DNA of 64,000 nt from Candidatus Woesearchaeota archaeon (GTDB taxonomy: Archaea; Nanobdellota; Nanobdellia; Pacearchaeales; GW2011-AR1). The translations under genes were made by a program, and so were the position numbers. Under the pieces are notes generated by a model. It made no database searches, was not told the origin of the DNA, and saw only the letters and a program-made list of their open reading frames with translations. This document shows, in pieces, positions 56,815 through 64,000 of this stretch; positions within the stretch are counted from its first letter, which is position 1, and each line of letters opens with the position of its first letter. Location: positions 15,218-79,217 of the forward strand of contig CAYQOY010000001.1 of NCBI GenBank assembly GCA_964419275.1, read 5' to 3'.

Positions 56815-57687
56815 ATGATTGAAATAATTGTTTTGGTTGCTCTTGCATTAATCTGGCTGGTATTTGCCAGTGTTCATGATGTTCGAACAACAGAAGTTCC
56901 TGACTGGCTTAATTTTTCTTTGATTGCTTTTGCACTTGGCTTCAGGTTTTTTTACTCTTTATTTGCTTTGGTAAATTTTAGTTTCTTTTTTCAAGGCTTA
57001 ATTGGATTGGGAATATTCTTTGTTTTGGGAAATTTATTTTATCATGGAAAAATGTTTGCAGGTGGAGATGCAAAGCTTATGATTGCCTTGGGAACAATTT
57101 TGCCTTTTTCCTTTAGTTTAGTTGAAAATTTGAAGCTGTTTGTCGCATTTTTGCTCGTTTTCTTTTTAACAGCTTCTATTTTTGGGATTTCCACTAGCAT
57201 TTATTTTGCAATTAAAAACAAAAACAATTTCAAAAAAGAATTCATTAAAACTTATCAGAAAAATAAAAAAATAAGCTTGGTTGTTCAAGCATTGGCTTTA
57301 ATTGTGATGATGCTTGGGTTGATTAATCAACAAGGATTATTTTATCTTGGAATTTTTGTTTTTCTAAGCCCCTTGCTTTTTAATTTTGCAAAATCTGTCG
57401 ACGAGGCTTGTATGGTTAAGCTTGTCGATTCCAATAAGCTGATGGAAGGAGACTGGCTTTACAAACCTATTTTAGTTGGAAATAAAAAAATACTTGCAAA
57501 ATGGGATGGATTAAGCAAACAAGAAATAAAGCTCATTCAAAAACATAAAAAATTTGTATGGATTAAAAAAGGAGTTCCCTTCGTGCCTGTTTTTTTGATT
57601 AGTTTTATTATACTCTGCGTTTTATTTTTGTTTTTTAAGGAATTCTTCTTGGAAACCAGATACTTTTTTCTTGCTCTGGGTGCTTAG
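56815..57687 (+). CDS. A24 prepilin peptidase (PibD/FlaK-like)
   Basis: ASVHD..T.EVPD and GGDAKL catalytic aspartate motifs; PFVP C-terminal motif. Confidence 0.92.
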   Translation: MIEIIVLVALALIWLVFASVHDVRTTEVPDWLNFSLIAFALGFRFFYSLFALVNFSFFFQGLIGLGIFFVLGNLFYHGKMFAGGDAKLMIALGTILPFSFSLVENLKLFVAFLLVFFLTASIFGISTSIYFAIKNKNNFKKEFIKTYQKNKKISLVVQALALIVMMLGLINQQGLFYLGIFVFLSPLLFNFAKSVDEACMVKLVDSNKLMEGDWLYKPILVGNKKILAKWDGLSKQEIKLIQKHKKFVWIKKGVPFVPVFLISFIILCVLFLFFKEFFLETRYFFLALGA

Positions 57688-58231
57688 GATTGTCTTCAAC
57701 TGTTGATTCTTTAGAATTGTCTTTAGCTTCTTGTTTTTCATTTTTTGAATTTTCTTTTTTTTCTTGTTTATCTTCTTCTTGTTTATTCTCTTTTTCCGAG
57801 TTTGTTTTATTTTCTGATTTTTCAACTTCGTGGCTTTTAGTTTCATCTTCTTTGATGAATAAGCTTCGTACTTCTTCAAGCTCTTCTTGGGTTGCTTTGT
57901 ATCTTTCTGAAGAAATGCTTTCATCGTTGTAAACAGGAATTAAATTAATTATCCCATGTCCCTGGAAATCCACAGTGGCAATTTCAATATCCTTGGAATT
58001 TAATTTTTCTTTGAGCTGAGAGGCAAGCTTTTGGGCAAAAAGGATAATCTTGCTTTTCATTTCTTTTAGCTGAAGATGCTCTTTTGGCAAAACCATCGTA
58101 TGCCCTTTGGAAACAGGATTAATTTCCAGAACTGCCACAGCCTCTTGAATCTCAGAAATTTTGTAGCCAGCAATTTTTTCAGAAGCGATAAGGCAGAAAA
58201 CACAATTTTGATTTTCAGATTCTTGTGCCAT
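57635..58231 (-). CDS. HIT-family protein, degenerate histidine triad, charged tail
   Basis: CVFCLI, INPVSKGHTMVLPKEH; triad reduced to HGIINL. Confidence 0.8.
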   Translation of the reverse strand: MAQESENQNCVFCLIASEKIAGYKISEIQEAVAVLEINPVSKGHTMVLPKEHLQLKEMKSKIILFAQKLASQLKEKLNSKDIEIATVDFQGHGIINLIPVYNDESISSERYKATQEELEEVRSLFIKEDETKSHEVEKSENKTNSEKENKQEEDKQEKKENSKNEKQEAKDNSKESTVEDNPKHPEQEKSIWFPRRIP

Positions 58232-58277
58232 TAAAAATTAACAACTAATTGGTATTAAAATTTATCCAATTGAGTGT

Positions 58278-58550
58278 TTATCCAATTGCTCTTCTTAAAT
58301 CAATAACTTCCACAGAATTAACATTCTCAATTGTTCTTAACTCTTGCTCTAAATCCTCAAGTTCGTTTTCTTCTGGCCAAGCAAATCCCGCTATAACTGC
58401 AATTAATCCAAACGCAATTGGCTGCTGTTCAAAAACAGGATTAAGAACTTTTTTTGATTCAATAATCTTTTTAGCGTCTTCGGTTATCTTGTCTAAGTCT
58501 ACGCCAGGGGCTGTAGGCATTATTTTCATTTTAACTAAAGCTGTTCCCAT
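58278..58550 (-). CDS. ef1b: Elongation factor 1-beta
   Basis: KIMP..P.VDL...PIAFGL...V.SVEV. Confidence 0.92.
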   Translation of the reverse strand: MGTALVKMKIMPTAPGVDLDKITEDAKKIIESKKVLNPVFEQQPIAFGLIAVIAGFAWPEENELEDLEQELRTIENVNSVEVIDLRRAIG

Positions 58551-58646
58551 GAGGTTTTTTATGAGGTTTCTTTTATAAATGTTTTGAAAAATTAGTGGGT
58601 TTTAAACTATCGCAATACTTAAAAAATAGCTTCTGTTTTTCTTGGA

Positions 58647-59588
58647 ATGTTAGAAAATTATTCCAAGCTTCTTGAGAGGATTTCCAGACATTCAGGAATC
58701 GATAAAGAGGAAATTGAAAGAAGAGTTGAAGCTAAAAGAGCAAAGCTTTCAGGGCTTATTAGCAAAGAGGGTGCTGCTCAAATTGTCGCTAGTGAATTGG
58801 GAATCTCCTTTGATAATGAGATGCTTAAAATAAATGAGCTTTTGCCTGGAATGAAAAAGGTTAATGTTATTGGAAAAGTAATCCACCTTTCCCCTGTAAG
58901 AAGCTTTATGAGAAAAGGCCAAGAAGGAAAAGTTGTGAATTTAACTTTAGCAGATGAAACAGCTAACATAAAAGTTGTGCTTTGGGATATGAATCATATT
59001 ATTCTTGTTGAAAATAATGACTTAAAGCTGGGAGATGTGATTGAAATTTCAAATGGAACAATGCGAGACAATGAGCTTCACTTAGGAAGTTTTTCTAATC
59101 TTAAGCGTTCTTCAGAAGAAATTAAGACCGTTGTAACTCAAAAAGCAGTTCATGAAAAAAAGATTTCTGAAAGCGTTGCTTCAGAGACAGTCAAGCTGCG
59201 AGCTTTTGTTGTAAGTGTACTGGGCCCAAGATTCTTTGAAACTTGCCCTGAATGCAGAAAAAAAGTTCAGAAAGAGTCTGATGGTTTTATTTGCGCAGAG
59301 CACGGAAAAGTTATTGCCGACAAAAGAGCCCTGGTAAATCTTGTTTTAGACGATGGCACAGAAACAATCCGAGCAGTGGTGTTCTCAGATAATTTTTCTA
59401 AACTAGGATTAACTGATTTGGAAGATATAGAAAAGACTTCAGTACAAAAAGAAGAGCTTTTAGGAAAAGAAATGTTTTTTTCTGGAGAAATAAGAGTAAA
59501 CAAATTCTTTAACAACAACGAATTGAATATTGAATCAATGGAATTTGTTGATGTTGATAAACTTCTTTCAGATTTAGAAAAAAATTAA
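58647..59588 (+). CDS. rpa: Replication protein A-like OB-fold ssDNA-binding protein
   Basis: SGLIS.EGAA.IVA, ADET..IKVVLW, CPEC...C.EH zinc finger, LDDGT. Confidence 0.88.
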   Translation: MLENYSKLLERISRHSGIDKEEIERRVEAKRAKLSGLISKEGAAQIVASELGISFDNEMLKINELLPGMKKVNVIGKVIHLSPVRSFMRKGQEGKVVNLTLADETANIKVVLWDMNHIILVENNDLKLGDVIEISNGTMRDNELHLGSFSNLKRSSEEIKTVVTQKAVHEKKISESVASETVKLRAFVVSVLGPRFFETCPECRKKVQKESDGFICAEHGKVIADKRALVNLVLDDGTETIRAVVFSDNFSKLGLTDLEDIEKTSVQKEELLGKEMFFSGEIRVNKFFNNNELNIESMEFVDVDKLLSDLEKN

Positions 59589-59592
59589 GCAT

Positions 59593-60063
59593 ATGCTTAT
59601 TAGAACCCATTTAGCGATCTCAATCTTTTTTATCTTACTATTTTTTCCTTTTTTCGAAAACAAAATCCTTTTTTGCATTGTGATGATTGTTGCAACTTTT
59701 CTTCCAGACATCGATAGCTCTCGTTCCAAAATTGGAAAAAGCTTTTTGTTGCGCCCATTGCAATTATTTTTTGGGCATCGCGGAATTTTGCACAGTTTTA
59801 CTTTTGCATTAATGTTGAGCGTGTTAATTTTCTTTTTTTCGCAAGAAGTTTCAATAGCATTCTTTTTAGGATATGGATTGCATTTGATTGCAGACAGCTT
59901 TACTTTTATGGGAATAACTCCCTTTTACCCTATTTCTAAAAAATGGAAAGGGTTAATTAAAACAGGTGGTTGGACAGAAGCAATTATTTTCATGATCCTT
60001 GTTTTGTTGAACTTGGGATTGCTGTATTTTAGACTGGTTGAATGGATTAATTTTCCTCGATAA
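59593..60063 (+). CDS. YdjM-like membrane metal-dependent hydrolase
   Basis: TH, LPDID, HRGILHS, HLIAD..T..G motifs. Confidence 0.88.
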   Translation: MLIRTHLAISIFFILLFFPFFENKILFCIVMIVATFLPDIDSSRSKIGKSFLLRPLQLFFGHRGILHSFTFALMLSVLIFFFSQEVSIAFFLGYGLHLIADSFTFMGITPFYPISKKWKGLIKTGGWTEAIIFMILVLLNLGLLYFRLVEWINFPR

Positions 60064-60128
60064 TTGCTTTTTGAAATATATATCTTAATCCGAACAATCT
60101 TTATAAACAGACTAAAGGTAGAAAAGAT

Positions 60129-61193
60129 ATGGCTGAAGATTATGAAGAAGATGAGGAATTAGAAGAAGAGGTTGAAGAAAAAGAAGAGAAATCTGAAAAA
60201 AAATCTAAATCTACTAAAGAAAAAGGCAAAGAAAAAGAGCCTACTTTAACTGATTTGCCCGGCGTTGGACCTGCTGTTGCAGCGAAATTAGAATCTGCAG
60301 GAATTTTTGATCTAATGTCTTTAGCTGTTATGGGGCCCACGGAATTAGGCGATATTGCTGGAGTTAGCCCTGCTGTTGCAAGAAAAGCTATTCAAGCAGC
60401 TAGAAAGATGATGGATTTGGGATTTGTTGATGGCGCTGAATATGCTAAAAAAAGAGAATCTGTTCATTTTATTACAACTGGAAGTAAAAATCTTGACGAA
60501 CTCTTGGGTGGAAGAGGTGTTGAAAGCCGAGCAATCACAGAAGCTTTTGGAGCATATGGAAGTGGTAAAACTCAGCTAGGTTTATCGCTTGCTGTTAATG
60601 TCCAGTTACCTTTAGAAAAAGGAGGGGCAGAAGGAAAATGTGTGTTTATTGATACAGAGGGAACATTCAGACCTTCAAGAATAAAGCAGATTGCTGAAGC
60701 TCTCGGAGCAAATCCTGACAAGGTATTGAAAAATATACTTGTTGCTCGTGCCTTCAACTCAGATCATCAGATTTTACTTTTAGATAGAATTTCTGAAATG
60801 ATTAAAGAAGGCGAGCCAATTAAACTGATTATTGTCGATTCTTTAACAGCACACTTCAGAGCTGAATTTTCTGGAAGAGGACAATTAGCAGACAGGCAGC
60901 AGAAGCTTAATCAGTATATTCATAATTTAATGAAAATAGCAGAGCAATTTAATTTAGCAATTTATGTTACAAATCAGGTTATGGCAAATCCTGCTCAAAT
61001 GTTTGGAGACCCAACTGTTGCTGTTGGAGGGAATATTGTTGCACACGCTTCGACTTACAGAATTTATTTGAGAAGAGGTAAAAAAGATTCCAGAGTTGCA
61101 AAGTTAATTGACAGTCCTAATCTTCCAGACAATGAAACAATCTTTTATCTCAGTGAAGGTGGGTTGAAAGATGATTCAAAGGAAAAAGACTAA
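60129..61193 (+). CDS. radA: DNA repair and recombination protein RadA
   Basis: HhH LPGVG, GAYGSGKTQ, IDTEGTFRP.R, VDSLT..FRAE..GRG.LA.RQQ. Confidence 0.97.
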   Translation: MAEDYEEDEELEEEVEEKEEKSEKKSKSTKEKGKEKEPTLTDLPGVGPAVAAKLESAGIFDLMSLAVMGPTELGDIAGVSPAVARKAIQAARKMMDLGFVDGAEYAKKRESVHFITTGSKNLDELLGGRGVESRAITEAFGAYGSGKTQLGLSLAVNVQLPLEKGGAEGKCVFIDTEGTFRPSRIKQIAEALGANPDKVLKNILVARAFNSDHQILLLDRISEMIKEGEPIKLIIVDSLTAHFRAEFSGRGQLADRQQKLNQYIHNLMKIAEQFNLAIYVTNQVMANPAQMFGDPTVAVGGNIVAHASTYRIYLRRGKKDSRVAKLIDSPNLPDNETIFYLSEGGLKDDSKEKD

Positions 61194-61232
61194 ATAAATA
61201 ATTTTAAAAAATAAAATAACCCTTCTAATCCC

Positions 61233-62393
61233 ATGAAAACCTACATAACTTCTGAGTCTGTAACAGAAGGACATCCTGACAAAATTTGTGATCAAATTTC
61301 AGATGCAATACTAGATAAACTTATTGCACAGGATCCCAGTTCTAGAGTAGCTGTTGAAACTCTTGTGACAACTGGGAGTGTTCACGTTGCTGGAGAAGTT
61401 ACCAGCGAAGGATTTGCAGATATTCATGAGATTGTAAGAAATACCCTTAAAAGAATAGGATATAATGATCCTGAGTTTGGAATGGATTATGAAGATGCAG
61501 GCGTTTGGGTAAGTATTCATTCTCAAAGTCTAGATATTTCTCAAGGAGTTAATGAAAAAACAAACGGAGAACAAAAAGAACAAGGTGCAGGAGATCAAGG
61601 AATGATGTACGGCTTTGCTTGCAATGAAACTCCTGAATTAATGCCTATGCCGATTATTTATGCTCATAAACTCGCAAAAGCTCTTGCGAGTTTCAGAAGA
61701 TCTGGCGCGTTAAATAAGGGATTGGGCCCAGATGGAAAAACTCAAGTTACAGTGGAATATGAAAACGGAAAACCAAAAAGAATCGACACTATTGTAATTG
61801 CTCAACAGCATAAAAAACAAGTTAGTGAGAATAAGCTAAGAAAAGAAATTTACAGAAAAGTTATTGTACCGGTTTGTGGAAAGTTAATTGATAGACAAAC
61901 TAAAATTCATATTAACGCTACAGGAAGATTTGTCATCGGTGGGCCTGAAGGAGATACCGGATTAACTGGAAGAAAAATTATTGTGGACAGCTATGGGGGC
62001 GTTGGAAGAGTCGGCGGAGGATGTTTTAGTGGAAAAGATCCTTCAAAAGTCGACAGAAGTGGTGCTTATATTGCAAGGCATATCGCAAAGAATATCGTTG
62101 CTGCAAAACTTGCTGACAAATGTGAGATTCAAATAAGTTATGCGATTGGAATAGCCAAGCCTGTTTCAGTTCACATAGACTGCTTTAATACAAATAAAAT
62201 TCCAGAAGAGCAAATAAGAAAAATTGTTGCTGAAACATTTGACTTGCGCCCTAAGGCAGTTATTGAGTATCTTGATTTGAAAAAACCAATTTATGAAAAA
62301 ACAGCCAGCTACGGCCATTTTGGAAGAAGCGAATTTTCTTGGGAAAAAACCGACAAAGTTGAAGAATTGAGAAAAAAAGCAGGTTTAGCTTAA
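61233..62393 (+). CDS. metK: S-adenosylmethionine synthetase, bacterial/eukaryotic type
   Basis: [54 protein letters not shown]. Confidence 0.97.
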   Translation: MKTYITSESVTEGHPDKICDQISDAILDKLIAQDPSSRVAVETLVTTGSVHVAGEVTSEGFADIHEIVRNTLKRIGYNDPEFGMDYEDAGVWVSIHSQSLDISQGVNEKTNGEQKEQGAGDQGMMYGFACNETPELMPMPIIYAHKLAKALASFRRSGALNKGLGPDGKTQVTVEYENGKPKRIDTIVIAQQHKKQVSENKLRKEIYRKVIVPVCGKLIDRQTKIHINATGRFVIGGPEGDTGLTGRKIIVDSYGGVGRVGGGCFSGKDPSKVDRSGAYIARHIAKNIVAAKLADKCEIQISYAIGIAKPVSVHIDCFNTNKIPEEQIRKIVAETFDLRPKAVIEYLDLKKPIYEKTASYGHFGRSEFSWEKTDKVEELRKKAGLA

Positions 62394-62470
62394 AGGTATT
62401 CTTTTCTATTTTTATCTTCGGCAACAAAAAGATAATTTTATAATCTTGTTTTGATTGATTCTTATACCAC

Positions 62471-62911
62471 ATGAAATCTTTGGTAATTTATTATTCACAT
62501 TTTGGAAATACTCGAGTTATTGCAGAAAGAATTGCAAGGCAGCTCGGAGAGGATTCTCGAGCAATTTCCATAGATTCTTTTGATATGAGTTATCTTAAGG
62601 GAGTTAAATTATTGGTTGTTGGGAGCCCTATTTTAGGTTGGATGCCTTACGAAAAAATTCAAACATTTTTGAATAGCCTTAAACCCGGAGAATTAAGGGG
62701 AGTTAAGGCTGTTAGTTTTGACACTCGTGTTAAGCTTTTCATTCATGGTGATGCAGCATCAAAAATTTCAAAAAAATTAGAAGAAGCTGGAGCAGAAATT
62801 ATTATCCAACCTCAAGCATTTTATGTTAAAGGACAAAGCGGTCCCCTTTTTCCAGGGGAAATTGAGAAAGCGAAAGCTTGGGCGGATATGATTAAAATAA
62901 ATTTTAAGTGA
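62471..62911 (+). CDS. Flavodoxin-like protein
   Basis: YYSHFGNT..IA..I, GSP, FDTR. Confidence 0.9.
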   Translation: MKSLVIYYSHFGNTRVIAERIARQLGEDSRAISIDSFDMSYLKGVKLLVVGSPILGWMPYEKIQTFLNSLKPGELRGVKAVSFDTRVKLFIHGDAASKISKKLEEAGAEIIIQPQAFYVKGQSGPLFPGEIEKAKAWADMIKINFK

Positions 62912-62971
62912 GCAAGCTAACAAATTCAAATAGATTTAAAATTGTTTGAAACAATATAAAAAAGGTGAAGT

Positions 62972-63712
62972 ATGTCAAGATCAAAAATTCCTAAGGATAT
63001 TGAAGAATTTCCTAAAAGATTAAAAGCCTTTGTTTGGATTATCCTTTTATTAATTCTTTTTGGAACAGTAGGATTCAGAATCATCTCTGAAAAAACATTC
63101 AAAGCGGCGTTCATTAGAACTTTTCAGACTCTTGCAGTAATGTTTCGCCCAGATAGCACAACTCCCGAAAGGATATTAGAGATTTTCCTCGCTCTTGTAG
63201 GCGTTTTCTTGATTTGGTGGGTTTTATGGAGCTTTGCAGATATGGTGCTTGAAGGAAGTCTAAAAAAGTATTTAAAAACAAGATTCTATTCTGCTAAAAT
63301 GGAGAGTATGAAAAATCACACAATTATTGTTGGCGCCGGAAGAGTTGGCGAGGAAATCGCACAAAGTTTGGCTAAAAAGAAAAAGGATTTTATTCTGATT
63401 GAATCAGATACCAAAGTCACTTCAGGTTTAAGGAAAAGTAAATATGTTTTCATTGAAGGAGATGCTTTAAATGAGGATATTCTTAAACGAGCAGGAATTG
63501 AAAAAGCTTCTAGAATAATTTTGACATTGCCTAAAACTGAGCAAAATATTTTGATTACTTTAACTGCTAAAGAATTGAATTCTAAAATCGAAGTGCATTC
63601 CAGATGTGAAAGCCCGGGATTGGTTTCAAAATTAAAACGAGCCGGAGCAAAAATCGTTGTTGTTCCTGAAATTGTCGCAGCAGATAAGATTGCCGACGAA
63701 TTGGGGCTTTAA
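62972..63712 (+). CDS. 2-TM channel-like protein with RCK/TrkA-N domain
   Basis: NHTIIVGAGRVG, GDA...L..AGI..A, L..AGA..VV.P. Confidence 0.85.
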   Translation: MSRSKIPKDIEEFPKRLKAFVWIILLLILFGTVGFRIISEKTFKAAFIRTFQTLAVMFRPDSTTPERILEIFLALVGVFLIWWVLWSFADMVLEGSLKKYLKTRFYSAKMESMKNHTIIVGAGRVGEEIAQSLAKKKKDFILIESDTKVTSGLRKSKYVFIEGDALNEDILKRAGIEKASRIILTLPKTEQNILITLTAKELNSKIEVHSRCESPGLVSKLKRAGAKIVVVPEIVAADKIADELGL

Positions 63713-63725
63713 TTTAATTTTTAAA

Positions 63726-64000
63726 ATGAATCATTCTTGGAAAGTTGGATTTAATTTCGGAGTAACTTCGGGGATTATTACAACTCTTGGACTTATGGTG
63801 GGATTAAACACTGCAACAAGTTCTAAACTAGCAATTGTCGGAGGAATTTTAACAATCGCTGTTGCCGATGCTTGTTCTGACGCATTGGGGATTCACATCT
63901 CAGAAGAAGGAGAAAACAAACACACTCGAAAGCAAATTTGGGAGTCTACTTTTGCAACTTTCTTTTTCAAATTTATTTTTGCTTCGATTTTTATTGTTCC
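63726..64000 (+). CDS. VIT1/CCC1-like membrane protein, runs off the window edge
   Basis: Manual translation MNHSWKVGFNFGVTSGIITTLGLMVG...IAVADACSDALGIHISEE; not in the ORF track. Confidence 0.8.
   Translation, partial: MNHSWKVGFNFGVTSGIITTLGLMVGLNTATSSKLAIVGGILTIAVADACSDALGIHISEEGENKHTRKQIWESTFATFFFKFIFASIFIV

Noticed and set aside
42905..57687. Archaellum operon
   Set aside because: No recognisable archaellin, FlaH/ArlH or chemotaxis genes; the subunits are diverse pilin-like proteins
186..63114. Many short antisense or out-of-frame ORFs in the track (e.g. 186-371, 3228-3677, 36854-37276, 57622-57924, 58249-58578)
   Set aside because: They overlap well-supported genes, show shadow-ORF composition and have no motifs

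Overview
AT-rich archaeal chromosome segment. Gene content and protein style suggest a DPANN/Nanobdellota lineage such as Pacearchaeota or Woesearchaeota (inference). From left to right: (1) a rearranged ribosomal/RNAP cluster (rps4, rps13, rpoF, rpl21e, rpoN, rpl18e, rpl13, rps9) with a lone 5S rRNA and a tRNA-Leu that reads as anticodon AAG; (2) a ~10 kb chromosome-maintenance region with xerA, an 11-6-11 dif-like site, phased T-tracts, a repeat-flanked M16 peptidase, iteron-like CTGTTT arrays and two convergent coiled-coil/wHTH genes that carry DNA repeats and an ORB inside their coding sequence; (3) an oriC (two ORBs around an AT-rich element) before cdc6 and both PolD subunits; (4) a 1710-aa secreted subtilase and housekeeping genes, including TyrRS, an ArmA/Rmt-like methyltransferase and a Hef split by an IMPDH-family gene; (5) a type IV pilus-like locus (ATPase, membrane platform, ~13 pilin-like genes, prepilin peptidase) in which Cys-rich pilin modules are fused to a peptidoglycan-binding/M15 peptidase and to an SLT-like lytic transglycosylase; (6) EF-1beta, RPA, radA and bacterial-type metK. 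The best candidates for undescribed systems are the pilus-displayed peptidoglycan hydrolases and the xer/dif/wHTH/ORB locus beside oriC. All calls come from reading motifs by eye; no database searches were run.
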